Assembly (NCBI GenBank): GCA_965226375.1
Contig: CBDDCX010000005.1
Location: forward strand, 160,001 to 224,000
DNA length: 64,000 nucleotides
Direction of reading: 5' to 3'
DNA from: Longimicrobiales bacterium
GTDB lineage: Bacteria; Gemmatimonadota; Gemmatimonadetes; Longimicrobiales; Gaopeijiaceae
Shown here: piece by piece, positions 30,649-41,515 of the stretch
How positions within the stretch are numbered: the first letter of the stretch is position 1
How the letters are laid out: each line of letters starts with the position of its first letter
Notes under the pieces: generated by a model
Told to the model about the DNA's origin: nothing
Seen by the model: only the letters and a program-made list of their open reading frames with translations
Database searches by the model: none
Program-made: the position numbers and the translations under genes

Positions 30649-33069
30649 GTGTCCTCCGCTCTGGAGCGACTCGACAACATGGAGCGAGCTTCGGGGTCCC
30701 GCGAGACGACCGGTTACCTTAGACGGATGCAGGAGTCCACCAGGTCACGAGTGCCCGCCCTCCTCATAGAGGCGCACAAGAGAGGCGTCACTCGTGTGGC
30801 TGTGGCCTATATGGTGGCCGCTTTTGCCCTCTATCAGGTGGTCGACCTGCTCAGCGTCCTCTTCCAGCTGCCGCTCCAGATTTTGGATTCGGTGTCGGTC
30901 GTGATCGTCCTTGGCCTCCCCCTGGCCCTGATTCTGAGCTGGACTCTCGTCTGGACGTCCGACGGACTCCGGCGGGCGGATACGTTGTCAGGACGGTGGG
31001 AGGCCCCACCACGGGTGGCAGCATACGTCAATGCTCTCGTGGTGGGACTGGCCCTCTTCGGTGTGGCGCTCTGGTGGCTCAAGCCCAGGGACGGTGTGGT
31101 GGCGAGAGGTGCGGAGGTCGTGGCGATTCTACCCTTTGCCGTCTCGGGCGAGGGAGCGAACCACCTTGCCGAGGGGCTGGCCGATCTGCTGGCGCTCAAC
31201 CTCGAGGGCGTGGGCCCTATCCGTACAGCCAACAGCCGGATCGTCTTCCGGCGTCATAGGGAGGCGGGCCGGCCCGGGGACGGAGATTTACCGGCCACCC
31301 TGGCGTTGGCACGCGGCGTCGGTGCCGGATCTGTCCTGACGGGAAGCGTCGCGGCTCGCGGGACCGACCTCGAGTTGTCGGCCACGCTCCGTCGAACGGA
31401 CGGCTGGCGGATCGCCGAGGCCCGGGCCGTAGGGCCCGCCAGCGAGGTGTCCGCACTGGTGGACGATCTGTCCGGGACTTTGATCAAAGGTATCTGGCGG
31501 TCCCGAGAGCTCGTGTCCGAGTTCGACGTCGGCGCCGTCACTACGAGTAGCTCCCAGGCCTTGAATCACTATTTGCGAGGCGAGGCCCTTTTCCGGCGGG
31601 GACAGTGGAGGGCCGCTGCTACCGCCTTCACGCGAGCCGTGCGTGCCGACACTACTTTCGCGCTGGCGTATGCCCGGTTGTCAGACACGTATGGGTGGGC
31701 CGACGGCGCGTTCACCGAGAGTGCCAGTCTCAATGCGGAGGCTGCCTATCGGCTTGCCGACAGGCTTCCCGACCGTAGACGTCGCCTCATCGTCGCTCGC
31801 TGGCAGGCAGGCCAGGATGTGAGCGACCGCGCCCCGGCGGATTCGATCCGAGCGCTCCTCGATGCCTATCCCGACGACCTGGAGGCTCTCCATCTACTGG
31901 CGGAGATCGGCTTCCATCAACGCACGATCTATGGATTGGGGTTCGAGGAGCTGACGGAGCCGGTCGAGCAACTCTTGGCCCTGGACTCGACCATGACCAC
32001 GGGCCTGATTCACCCCATCGAGGTAGCGCTGCAGTTCGGTGACCAGACGCGGTTCGAGCGCTACTTGGGGATGGCCGAGGCTACGGGCCTCCGACGTGCG
32101 CCTGCGTTCCGGCGTGTCGGGACGGCTCTTTGGCATGCTCCCGAGACCCGTGAAGACATTGCTCGCGAGCTCATGGCCGACATCGGTTCGGCCTTTACCT
32201 ACACCGTGGGTTCGTACAGGGTGGGCGTTGGTAGCCCTGCCGACTTCAGCGGTGGGCTCGACGCGGTGGTCTCCTTGGTACCCGCCGAGCGGAAGACGGC
32301 TCTCTGGAGTACTCGGACTCTTCTCTTGACCACCACGGGCCGGATGGCGGCGGCGGCCGACACGGCCCGGCTGGACGTGGTGCCGGCTCGCGTCGTTCGG
32401 GCCTACCTCACCGATTATCCTGCGGTGGCAGGATTCATTGACCCGGCCGCTGTGACACGCGGGCTAGAGATCGGGGTTACCGACGACGCCGCGGACTCGG
32501 TTCCGCCGTGGGAGACCCGCTTCCTTCAGGCGCTCGCCTATCTGGCCTCGGGAGACGCCGGGCGGGGCGAGGCTGCCTTAGAGGTGCTGCAGCTAGACGA
32601 TCCCCCGATCGAGTTAGCATCGGCGGCCTTGGGCCTTGTGGATGCCTCTCGGGGTTGGGCCCTGCTCCTCAGGGGAGACACGGCGGCGGGAATCGAGAGG
32701 CTGCAGGTCGGACTCGCGCAGGCGGGTCGATGGACTCCTGCGGGTGTTAATACGGCTCCGACCGACGCATTCGGTGCCATGGGAGGCGGGGCTGCGCTCT
32801 CCTTCCGGCTGGTGGCGGCGATGGCGTCATGGACCCCTACGGCCGCTCAGGGGCGACGCCTTCTCCACGACGTACTCTGGCCGGACTTCCACTACGAAGT
32901 CCTCCGCCACTACGAACTGGGCCGCGCGCTCGAGTGGGCCGGCCGAGGGACGGAGGCACGCGCGTCGTATGATCGATTTCTGAGGCTGCTCGAAGGAGCC
33001 GACGAGGGATTGCTGGTGGCAGACGAGATGGCTTGGGCCAAGGAGGCGCTGATCCGGCTGGCCGGCTAG
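30649..33069 (+). CDS. Membrane-anchored TolB-like/TPR signalling-type protein (start uncertain)
   Basis: N-terminal TM block (RVAVAY...GLPLALILSW), VAILPF domain, ADTTFALAYARL TPRs. Confidence 0.75.
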   Translation: MSSALERLDNMERASGSRETTGYLRRMQESTRSRVPALLIEAHKRGVTRVAVAYMVAAFALYQVVDLLSVLFQLPLQILDSVSVVIVLGLPLALILSWTLVWTSDGLRRADTLSGRWEAPPRVAAYVNALVVGLALFGVALWWLKPRDGVVARGAEVVAILPFAVSGEGANHLAEGLADLLALNLEGVGPIRTANSRIVFRRHREAGRPGDGDLPATLALARGVGAGSVLTGSVAARGTDLELSATLRRTDGWRIAEARAVGPASEVSALVDDLSGTLIKGIWRSRELVSEFDVGAVTTSSSQALNHYLRGEALFRRGQWRAAATAFTRAVRADTTFALAYARLSDTYGWADGAFTESASLNAEAAYRLADRLPDRRRRLIVARWQAGQDVSDRAPADSIRALLDAYPDDLEALHLLAEIGFHQRTIYGLGFEELTEPVEQLLALDSTMTTGLIHPIEVALQFGDQTRFERYLGMAEATGLRRAPAFRRVGTALWHAPETREDIARELMADIGSAFTYTVGSYRVGVGSPADFSGGLDAVVSLVPAERKTALWSTRTLLLTTTGRMAAAADTARLDVVPARVVRAYLTDYPAVAGFIDPAAVTRGLEIGVTDDAADSVPPWETRFLQALAYLASGDAGRGEAALEVLQLDDPPIELASAALGLVDASRGWALLLRGDTAAGIERLQVGLAQAGRWTPAGVNTAPTDAFGAMGGGAALSFRLVAAMASWTPTAAQGRRLLHDVLWPDFHYEVLRHYELGRALEWAGRGTEARASYDRFLRLLEGADEGLLVADEMAWAKEALIRLAG

Positions 33070-33265
33070 TGCGTCCCCGCACGAGTTGTCGGGAGTCCAT
33101 CCCAGCGCCTATCTTCGGCGAGTTTCAGAGCCTCACAGCCTTCTCGGAAGGACAGGCATGGGTCGCTGCCTGCCTAGATAAGTGAGTTGCCCGGCGGAGT
33201 GAGTGCCACGTATTCTTGCGCCCTACCGGTCCCAGCGACCCCCCGAACCTAAAAGGCCGACCACC

Positions 33266-34522
33266 ATGGAGCACAATCCGGACCTACCCTGGTACCGCCA
33301 GCTTCACTGGCAAGTACTCGTCGCGATGGGCCTCGGCGCTCTGACCGGAGCCATCTTCGGCGCGCCGGCGGCCGATCAGCTCGGCTGGATCGGCGACCTC
33401 TTCATGAAGCTCCTGCGGATGATCATCGTGCCGCTGGTGCTGACGTCGATCATCTCGGGCGTGGCATCGGTAGGCGGCGGTCGCGCGCTCGGGCGGCTCT
33501 TCAGCAAGACACTTGGCTACTACGTCTTGTCGAGCTTCCTGGCGGCGATAGTGGGGCTCATGATGGTCAACCTGATCCGGCCGGGAGTGGGCGCGAACAT
33601 GGTCGACGTCGCGGCCGCAGAGCTGCCGGACCTGCAGACGCCCGATTCCCCGGTCGACCTACTGCTCGACGTCGTCCCGGAGAACTTCGTCCAGGCGACG
33701 GCGGCCGGAGACATGCTGGCGGTCATCTTCTTCTGCATCGTCTTCGGCGCCTCGATCGCGACGCTACCGGGGAAAGCCCGCACGCTCCTCACGGACACCT
33801 TCGACGCGCTCTTCCACGCGATGATGGTGCTCACGTCGGGCATCATAAAGTTCCTCCCCATCGGCGTCTTCGCGCTCATCGCGCGGATGGTGGGAACCAC
33901 CGGCTTCGACGCGTTCCGGCCGCTCGCGCTCTACGCGGTGACGATCTTCTCCGGCGTCTCGATCCATTTCTTCGTCACGCTCCCACTGCTCCTCATCTTC
34001 CTCGGACGGATCAAGCCGCGGATCCATGTCGCGAATATGCGAGAGCCGCTCCTGATCGCGTTCTCGACCAGCTCGTCGGGCGCCACGCTTCCCGTAACGA
34101 TGAGGGCCGTCGAGGAGAAAGTCGGCGTCTCGAACAAGATCACCTCGTTCGTGCTCCCGATGGGAGCGACCGTCAACATGGACGGCACCGCAGTCTTCGA
34201 GTGCGCCGGGGCGCTCTTCATCGCCCAGGTGCTAGGGTTCGACCTCTCGATCACCACGCAGGCCGTCGTCGTCCTCACCGCGCTGGCCGCATCGATCGGT
34301 GCGGCCGCGGTGCCTTCGGCCGGCCTCGTGATCATCTTCATCGTTCTCGGCCAGATCGGCCTGGAGGGGCCGGAGGTGAATGCGATCGTCGGTTCGATGC
34401 TCGCGATCGACCGGCCGCTCGACATGTACCGCACGGCGGTCAACGTGTTCGGCGACTCTTGCGGCGCCGCAATTATCGCGCGGTCCGAGGGTGAGAGTAA
34501 CGTGGATACAGAGATCATATAG
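33266..34522 (+). CDS. Dicarboxylate/amino acid:cation symporter (DAACS)
   Basis: FSTSSSGATLP, GATVNMDGT and DMYRTAVNVFGD motifs. Confidence 0.93.
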   Translation: MEHNPDLPWYRQLHWQVLVAMGLGALTGAIFGAPAADQLGWIGDLFMKLLRMIIVPLVLTSIISGVASVGGGRALGRLFSKTLGYYVLSSFLAAIVGLMMVNLIRPGVGANMVDVAAAELPDLQTPDSPVDLLLDVVPENFVQATAAGDMLAVIFFCIVFGASIATLPGKARTLLTDTFDALFHAMMVLTSGIIKFLPIGVFALIARMVGTTGFDAFRPLALYAVTIFSGVSIHFFVTLPLLLIFLGRIKPRIHVANMREPLLIAFSTSSSGATLPVTMRAVEEKVGVSNKITSFVLPMGATVNMDGTAVFECAGALFIAQVLGFDLSITTQAVVVLTALAASIGAAAVPSAGLVIIFIVLGQIGLEGPEVNAIVGSMLAIDRPLDMYRTAVNVFGDSCGAAIIARSEGESNVDTEII

Positions 34523-34531
34523 GGCGCCCTC

Positions 34532-35908
34532 ATGAGCGAACACCACGAAGCCGGGCTGTCTCGGGCGATCCGTCTGCCCCACGCCACGGCCATGGTGGTG
34601 GGGACCATCATTGGGACCGCGATCTTTGTGCAGCCCTCGGAGGTCACCGGCCAGGTTCCGTCTCTCACTGGAGCTGCCCTCGTGTGGTTGGTGGCAGGCG
34701 GGCTGACGCTCATCGGGGCGCTGGTCACGGCCGAACTCGCCTCTACCTTTCCGGAGAGTGGGGGGGTCTACGCCTTTCTGCGGGAGTCCTTCGGCGGTTG
34801 GCTGGGCTTCCTGTGGGGCTGGGCCATGTTCTGGACCATGCACTCCGGGATCATTGCGGCTATCGGGATGGTCTTCGCGTTCTATGTGGGATTTCTCGTT
34901 GAGTTGGGTCCGATTGGGACACGTGCAGTGGCGATCTCGGCCATTCTCGCGATCTCCGCCGTCAACTATTTCGGCGTCAAGCGGGGGAGTGACCTTCAGA
35001 CGGCGATCACGTTCATCAAGGTCCTTGCCATTGTCCTGATCGTGGCCCTGGGCTTCTCCGTGGGATCTCCGCCCGATGCGGGCGACGTGGGCGCCTCGGC
35101 TGTAGTCGGCGCGGCCGGAGCGGCGGCGGGTGGCGGCCTCTTGGGAGGCGGCACCTTCTCCGACTTTCTCCTGGCGCTGGTCGCCGGACTCTTCGCCTTC
35201 GGAGGGTGGCACATGGTGACGTACAACGCCGAAGAGACTGTGGACCCGACCAAGACCATCCCCAGAGCGTTGGGTTGGGGGGTGCTCATCGTGACCGTCT
35301 GCTACGTCGCACTCAACGCGGTCTATTTCTATGTATTGCCCCTGGAGACGGTGATCGCCTCCGAACGTGTGGCGGCGGACGCTGCCGAGCGCGTCTTCGG
35401 ATACGTGGGCGGGGTGACCATGACCGGCCTTGTCATGTTCTCCGCCTTCGGAGCGCTGGCCGGCATCGTCCTCTCTGGGCCACGTGTCTACTACGCGATG
35501 GCTCGTGACGGGGTGTTGTTCGAATGGGTTGCTGGCCTCCATCCCCGCTATCGCACGCCACATCGGGCTATCGTGCTGCAAGCGGTGTGGGCCTCCGTTC
35601 TCGTGGCGACGGGCACGTATCGAGCGCTCTTTACGCGCGTGGTCTACACGGAGTGGATCTTCTTTGGCCTCATGGCGATCGGCCTTTTCGTGCTCCGACG
35701 CCGGCCCGGGGTGACTCGGGCGTATTCCGCGTGGGGCTATCCGTGGGCCCCCGCATTGTTTGCCCTGTCCGCCTTCGCGATCGTGGTAAATCAAGTCATC
35801 AACGATCCGGTTGAAAGTGCCCTCGGTCTCGGTATGGTCGCCATCGGCTATCCCGTGTACCGTTTCTGGGCCCGGCCCGACCGTCTTCCTCCCGAGACCA
35901 AAGCATGA
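34532..35908 (+). CDS. APC-family amino acid permease
   Basis: GTIIGTAIF, AEL...PESGG, FAFGGW and RVYYAMARDG motifs. Confidence 0.9.
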   Translation: MSEHHEAGLSRAIRLPHATAMVVGTIIGTAIFVQPSEVTGQVPSLTGAALVWLVAGGLTLIGALVTAELASTFPESGGVYAFLRESFGGWLGFLWGWAMFWTMHSGIIAAIGMVFAFYVGFLVELGPIGTRAVAISAILAISAVNYFGVKRGSDLQTAITFIKVLAIVLIVALGFSVGSPPDAGDVGASAVVGAAGAAAGGGLLGGGTFSDFLLALVAGLFAFGGWHMVTYNAEETVDPTKTIPRALGWGVLIVTVCYVALNAVYFYVLPLETVIASERVAADAAERVFGYVGGVTMTGLVMFSAFGALAGIVLSGPRVYYAMARDGVLFEWVAGLHPRYRTPHRAIVLQAVWASVLVATGTYRALFTRVVYTEWIFFGLMAIGLFVLRRRPGVTRAYSAWGYPWAPALFALSAFAIVVNQVINDPVESALGLGMVAIGYPVYRFWARPDRLPPETKA

Positions 35909-36882
35909 TCATCGACTTCCACAATCACTTCTTCCCGCCGGAGTTCCTGGACGCCATCCGTTCGGGGCCGAGCAACTTCAGGATCACCGAGGACAAGGAG
36001 GGCAATCCTGTCCTTCACTCCCCCGGGGACTACAATGTCATCGTTCCGGGCCATCGGGACATCGACTTCAGGCGGAACGTCCTCGACGAGGCCGGTGTGG
36101 ACAGGCAGGTGATCACGTTCACGGCTCCTGGGACGAGCATCGAGGTGCCGGACAGAGCGGCTGAGCTCGCCACGATCATCAACGACGGACTCGCCAATGC
36201 CCGGGACAGGCATCCCGATCGTTTCACGCCCCTGGCCCACCTGCCCCTGAACAATCCGAAGGCGGCTGCCGTAGAACTCGACCGAGTGCTCGGGAAACTG
36301 GGCTTTCCGGGAGCTATGCTCTTCAGCAATGCTAGCGGTGTGCCACTCGCCGACGAGCGCTTCTGGCCGCTCTACGAGCGGGCGGACGAGGCCGGAGCCG
36401 TGATCTACATCCACCCGACCTATCCCCTGGGAGTGGAGGCCATGGAGGATTACATGCTCATGCCTCTGGTCGGCTTTCTCATGGACACGACGCTGGCCAC
36501 CGCTCATCTGATCTATGCCGGGATTCCCGAGCGCTTTCCTGGCATTCGATGGGCACTTTGTCATACGGGAGGTGCCATTCCTTTCCTGGCCGAGCGCCTG
36601 GATCGCGGGTTCGAGGCGTTTCCGCGCTGCAGGGCGAACATCTCCCGACCTCCCACGGACTACCTCCGCCAGTTCTACTTCGACACGGTGAACTTCGACC
36701 CGGCCTGCCTGAAGTTGGCGCTGGACTTCGCCGGGCCAGATCACGTGATCGCGGGGAGCGACTACCCGCATATGATCGGGAGCCTCGACAAGATGAAGTC
36801 CTCCATCGCGCAGTTGGGACTCTCTGCCGAAGACGAGGCCCGTGTGTGCGGTGGCAACGCGGCGGGGCTGTTGGGGCTGTGA
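35905..36882 (+). CDS. Amidohydrolase_2 family (ACMSD-like decarboxylase/hydrolase)
   Basis: DFHNH, IYIHP, CHTGG and GSDYPH motifs. Confidence 0.88.
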   Translation: MIIDFHNHFFPPEFLDAIRSGPSNFRITEDKEGNPVLHSPGDYNVIVPGHRDIDFRRNVLDEAGVDRQVITFTAPGTSIEVPDRAAELATIINDGLANARDRHPDRFTPLAHLPLNNPKAAAVELDRVLGKLGFPGAMLFSNASGVPLADERFWPLYERADEAGAVIYIHPTYPLGVEAMEDYMLMPLVGFLMDTTLATAHLIYAGIPERFPGIRWALCHTGGAIPFLAERLDRGFEAFPRCRANISRPPTDYLRQFYFDTVNFDPACLKLALDFAGPDHVIAGSDYPHMIGSLDKMKSSIAQLGLSAEDEARVCGGNAAGLLGL

Positions 36883-36914
36883 GCCTTGTAAGGACTGGGG
36901 GTGAGAGCGTTTCA

Positions 36915-39017
36915 GTGATTCCCCCAGCGAGTTGGGCCCGACCCACGGCACGCAGGCGCACATTGGCGGTGCTCATCGCGGTGGCGGCTGTCACCCTCTC
37001 CGGCTGTGGGGACACATCCGACGCCCTCATGCGAGCCGCGATCATCGACGCCGAGGACGCCAGGGCCACCGGCCCCGAAGGACTCCAGCCCCTCGAGAGG
37101 GGACTGGGCTCGGCCGAGGCCGCGATCCAGAGGCTCGCCGTGCGAGCCGTGGGGCGGCTCGAGAAACCGGAGACCATCGGCCTGATCGCACCTCTCCTAG
37201 CGTCGTCTGATACGAGCGTCAGGGCGGAGGCTGTCAACGCGCTCGGGCAGGCCGTCCTGGCGTCGGAAGGGGACGTAGTGGCCGACCTGCTCTTCGCCCA
37301 CCTTGCCAGAGAAGGGGACGCCGGAGTCCGGGGCGTAGTGGCACGGACGCTGGGGAGGCTTCAATACGCGGAGGCCGATCGGGCCCTGGCCTCGGAACAG
37401 ATGCTGGTGCAGCTCACCAGGGGCACGGAGGCCGACGCACCTTCGGCAACCCTCACGGGGGCCGTCATGGGCCTCGAGTCCCTGTCCCGCCGCCTGGGCC
37501 CCGAAGGGCTCTCGGCGGCCACGGTGAGCAGGCTGGAGGACTTGGCCGCCTTCGGCCGCTCGGGTGGATCGGACGATCCGGACAGCGCCGCCCGCATAAG
37601 GCGCACGGCCATGCTGGCGCTCTCGTGGTTCGGAAACCCCAGCGTCAGCGCCCTGACCGAAGCCATGGACTACGACGATCCGGACGTGAGACGAATCGCA
37701 GTGACCATCATGAGAGGTGAGGCTTCGGTCGACGTCGACATCGATCTCCTGATTAGGGGCCTGGACGACGCATCGCCACGCGTGCGGGCGGAGGCCGTAC
37801 GGAGCTATGCCGCCCTGGCACCCGGTAACGAGGAATGTCGGCGCCTTCTTGATGCGGCCATCGACGCTGATCTCCACGTCGCGGTGGCGGCTTTGGATCT
37901 TCTCGCCCAGAGATGTGCGGATCGCTTCAGCCAGATCGAGTTGCTTGCCGGCATCGCAGCCGGGCTCGACGCGGCCGGTCCGTTGGACTGGCACAGGCCT
38001 GCGCACGCGCTCGTTTCCCTCGCCTCGGTATCGCAGGGCCGAGCGGCCGGGCTGCTCGAGGGCTTTGTCCGGCATGCCAACCCATTCGCTCGTGTGTACG
38101 CCGCCCGGACGGCTGCGGTTCTGGGGGACGTGGAGGCGCTGGAGGTGCTCGCTACCGACGCGGTCCCCAACGTCCGTACGGCGGCGGTGCAGGGGGTGGC
38201 CCGACTTCGTGGGCGCGATGCCGACGACCTGCTGATCGCGCAGCTCGATCAGGACGACGGTTTCCTTCTTCTGACCGTGGCCGGGTTGCTGGAGGGCACG
38301 TCGAACGGCAGCGCGGTGAGGGCTCTGATGGACGCCCTCGCCAGGATTTCCGTGGACCGACGACAGACGGCCCGGGATCCCCGGATGGCCCTCCTGAACC
38401 GCATCGCGGAGCTTGGCGGTGCGGACGAAGCGGGCGGATTGGAGCCGTACCTCACGGACTACGACCCTTTGCTCGCGGAGCGAGTAGCGGAAATTCTGAG
38501 TCGCTGGACGGGCGGGGCTTGGCAGGCCGAACCCAGACCTGTTGCGCGGACACCTGTGCCGTCCCCCGAGGAGATCGATGCGCTCGCCGAGACTCGGGTC
38601 GTCCTGGAAATGGAACGGGGTGGAGAGATCGAGATCCGGATGCTGGCCCGCAATGCCCCCACCCACGCCGCGCGCTTCGTGCGACTCGCCCGGTCAGGGG
38701 AGCTCGATGGGCTCACATACCATCGTGTGGTCACGAACTTCGTGCTTCAGGGGGGAAGCCCGGCGGCCAACGAGTTCGCCGGTGACGCGGCCTACACGAG
38801 GGATGAGCTCGGCCTGATTTCGCACTGGCGTGGGACCGTCGGGACGTCGACCAGGGGTCGCGATACCGGTGATGGCCAGATGTTCATCAATCTCATCGAC
38901 AATCTCCGTCTCGATCACAACTACACCGTTTTCGGCGAGGTAGTGAGAGGGATGGATACGGCGGATCTGGTCGCCGAAGGTGACGTGATCACGCGTGCAA
39001 GGGTGGTGGAGGGGTAG
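36915..39017 (+). CDS. Lipoprotein with HEAT repeats and a C-terminal cyclophilin-type PPIase (start may be 36879)
   Basis: LSGC lipobox; HEAT repeats; YHRVVTNFVLQGG...NYTVFGEV. Confidence 0.85.
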   Translation: MIPPASWARPTARRRTLAVLIAVAAVTLSGCGDTSDALMRAAIIDAEDARATGPEGLQPLERGLGSAEAAIQRLAVRAVGRLEKPETIGLIAPLLASSDTSVRAEAVNALGQAVLASEGDVVADLLFAHLAREGDAGVRGVVARTLGRLQYAEADRALASEQMLVQLTRGTEADAPSATLTGAVMGLESLSRRLGPEGLSAATVSRLEDLAAFGRSGGSDDPDSAARIRRTAMLALSWFGNPSVSALTEAMDYDDPDVRRIAVTIMRGEASVDVDIDLLIRGLDDASPRVRAEAVRSYAALAPGNEECRRLLDAAIDADLHVAVAALDLLAQRCADRFSQIELLAGIAAGLDAAGPLDWHRPAHALVSLASVSQGRAAGLLEGFVRHANPFARVYAARTAAVLGDVEALEVLATDAVPNVRTAAVQGVARLRGRDADDLLIAQLDQDDGFLLLTVAGLLEGTSNGSAVRALMDALARISVDRRQTARDPRMALLNRIAELGGADEAGGLEPYLTDYDPLLAERVAEILSRWTGGAWQAEPRPVARTPVPSPEEIDALAETRVVLEMERGGEIEIRMLARNAPTHAARFVRLARSGELDGLTYHRVVTNFVLQGGSPAANEFAGDAAYTRDELGLISHWRGTVGTSTRGRDTGDGQMFINLIDNLRLDHNYTVFGEVVRGMDTADLVAEGDVITRARVVEG

Positions 39018-39083
39018 CACATACCACACCGGCCGGGCGTCTTTCGAATGTCGTCAACCGGTCGCGCACACCGGAGGTCCGGG

Positions 39084-40823
39084 ATGTCTGATCGCCGCTT
39101 GTTCTCCGTTCCCGCTGTGGTTCCGCTGTCTGTCTTGTTGATTCTCACGGCCTGCTCCGGCCAGGGGCCCACCACGTTCGGCGTCTCCTTCGGCGAGTCC
39201 TTGGGCTCCGAGCCAGTCGACGGTCGCGTCATCCTGATCCTGAGCACCAACGAGGGGTCGGAGCCGCGTTTCCAGGTGAACTCGGGACCCATGGCTCCGA
39301 TGGTGCTTGGCATCGACGTGAATGGCCTGATGCCCGGCAGTGAGGCCGTCATCGATGAAGGCGTGTTCGGTTTCCCGATTGAGAGCCTGTCGGGATTGCC
39401 CGCCGGCGAGTACTGGGTGCAAGCGGTGCTACACAAATATGAAACCTTCAACCTGGCCAACGGCAAGACCGTGAAGCTGCCGATGGACCGAGGCGAGGGA
39501 CAGCATTGGCAACAGGCGCCAGGCAACCTGTACAGCACGCCCCGCCGGATCCAAGTCGATCCTTCCGTGGGGGGCCATGTATCCATCGAGCTCGACCAGG
39601 AGATTCCTCTCATCGCGGGGCCGGAGGATACCCAGTACATCAAGCACGTCCGAATTCAGAGCGACCTTCTTACCGAGTTCTGGGGACGGCCAATGCACCT
39701 CGGCGCTCACGTACTTCTTCCCGACGGGTTCGACGAGCACCCTGAGGCGCGTTATCCCCTCGTCGTGTTCCACGGCCACTTTCCGGCCGACTTCGGCGGC
39801 TTTCGCACCGAGCCGCCCGATCCCGACCTCGAGCCCACGTATAGCGCTCGGTTCGACGTGGACGGCTACAACCGGATTCAGCAGCAAGAGGCGTACGACT
39901 TCTACCGCAAGTGGATTGGACCCGACTTTCCTCGGATGCTCATCATCTCGGTGCAGCATGCGAATCCCTACTACGACGACTCCTATGCCGTGAATTCGGC
40001 GAACATCGGTCCGTACGGCGATGCGATCACCTATGAGCTGATCCCATACATCGAGGAGCGGTTCCGTGGGATCGGAGAGGGGTGGTCCCGGTTCACCTAC
40101 GGGGGCTCGACTGGAGGATGGGAGGCGCTGGCCGTGCAGGTCATGTATCCGGACGAGTACAACGGCGCATTTGCCGCGTGCCCTGACCCGATCGATTTCA
40201 GGGCCTTTACCCAGGTCAACATCTACGAGGACGAGAACGCCTACTTCATGGAAGGTCCCTTCAAGCGGACCGAGAGGGCCGGACGGCGGGACTGGTTGGG
40301 GGTTGTCGATCGCTCCGTCGAGGATGACAACCACGTGGAGCTGGCTCTGGCCACGCGAGGTCGCTCGGGCCAGCAGTGGGATATCTGGCAGGCGGTCTAT
40401 TCGCCGATGGGGGAAGACGGATATCCTGAGCCGATCTGGGACAAACGCACGGGAGTCATCGACCGTCGGGTGGCCGAGTACTGGAGAGAGAATTACGACC
40501 TGCGCTACATCATGGAGCGCGATTGGGCGACGCTGGGTCCCAAGCTCGAAGGGAAGGTCCACATCTACGTGGGCGACATGGACAACTACTACCTGAACAA
40601 CGCCGTCTACCTGACGGAGGACTTCCTGGAGGGCACCACCGAGCCCTATTACGGCGGTGAGGTGGACTACGGCGACCGGGCGGAGCACTGCTGGAATGGT
40701 GACCAACAGAACGGCAATCACATCTCACGGCTGCGCTACAACACCATGTACGTACCGAGGATTCTAGAGCGCTTGCGCGCGGGGTCGCCACCGGGCGCGG
40801 ATCTGACGAGCTGGCGATACTAG
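39084..40823 (+). CDS. Exported alpha/beta-hydrolase (esterase-like) lipoprotein
   Basis: LTAC lipobox; GGSTGG nucleophile elbow. Confidence 0.8.
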   Translation: MSDRRLFSVPAVVPLSVLLILTACSGQGPTTFGVSFGESLGSEPVDGRVILILSTNEGSEPRFQVNSGPMAPMVLGIDVNGLMPGSEAVIDEGVFGFPIESLSGLPAGEYWVQAVLHKYETFNLANGKTVKLPMDRGEGQHWQQAPGNLYSTPRRIQVDPSVGGHVSIELDQEIPLIAGPEDTQYIKHVRIQSDLLTEFWGRPMHLGAHVLLPDGFDEHPEARYPLVVFHGHFPADFGGFRTEPPDPDLEPTYSARFDVDGYNRIQQQEAYDFYRKWIGPDFPRMLIISVQHANPYYDDSYAVNSANIGPYGDAITYELIPYIEERFRGIGEGWSRFTYGGSTGGWEALAVQVMYPDEYNGAFAACPDPIDFRAFTQVNIYEDENAYFMEGPFKRTERAGRRDWLGVVDRSVEDDNHVELALATRGRSGQQWDIWQAVYSPMGEDGYPEPIWDKRTGVIDRRVAEYWRENYDLRYIMERDWATLGPKLEGKVHIYVGDMDNYYLNNAVYLTEDFLEGTTEPYYGGEVDYGDRAEHCWNGDQQNGNHISRLRYNTMYVPRILERLRAGSPPGADLTSWRY

Positions 40824-41481
40824 TGCCCCATCCTGGAATACGGGGACGCACACACTAGCGGCCGCCTGAAACGACGTCGGCCGAGGCACCCGTGAGGGCA
40901 CCCCGGCACCGATTGGACTGCCGGGTGGCATGGCTTCCTCCAGCGATGCCGACCACTTGCGGCGGCTCGGGACGGCGTCAGCGCACCGTAAGTTCTCCAT
41001 CGAGGAGACGTCCGAGTCCGCGCTGCTCACGCTCGTGCCACGGATGAACCGCTGTAAGTTCTGGAAGCGAGCCCGAAGGCTCTTCCGCTCCCTCCGTGCA
41101 GCCATCCTCCAGTTTTTGTGGCCCACAGCTCCCCGGTCGTTTCATACCACGAAACTACACCCGTCTTGTTCAGAGCTTCCCTAGTGCCCCATCCTGGAAT
41201 ACGGGGACGCACACACTAGGGCCGCCTGAAACGACGTCGGCCGAGGCACCCGTGAGGGCACCCCGGCCGATTGGACTGCCGGGTGGCATGGCTTCCTCCA
41301 GCGATGCCGACCACTTGCGGCGGCTCGGGACGGCGTCAGCGCACCGTAAGTTCTCCATCGAGGAGACGTCCGAGTCCGCGCTGCTCACGCTCGTGCCACG
41401 GATGAACCGCTGTAAGTTCTGGAAGCGAGCCCGAAGGCTCTTCGCTCCCTCCGTGCAGCCATCCTTTTTTGTGGCCCACAG
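40820..41481. repeat. ~300-bp imperfect direct repeat (40820-41128 and 41181-41481)
   Basis: The two copies are near-identical, differing by small indels; both begin CTAGTGCCCCATCC. Confidence 0.92.
41129..41184. mobile_element. Probable IS5-family end remnant
   Basis: CTTGTTCAGAGCTTCC followed by CTAG resembles an IS5-subgroup terminal IR and YTAR target. Confidence 0.45.
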
Positions 41482-41515
41482 GGCGCGGCAGCACTTTTAT
41501 CATGGAGTTCCGGTA

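Noticed and set aside
41096..41515. N-terminal extension of the M14 peptidase ORF
   Set aside because: Translates the non-coding repeat; a better RBS and TTG start lie at 41516.
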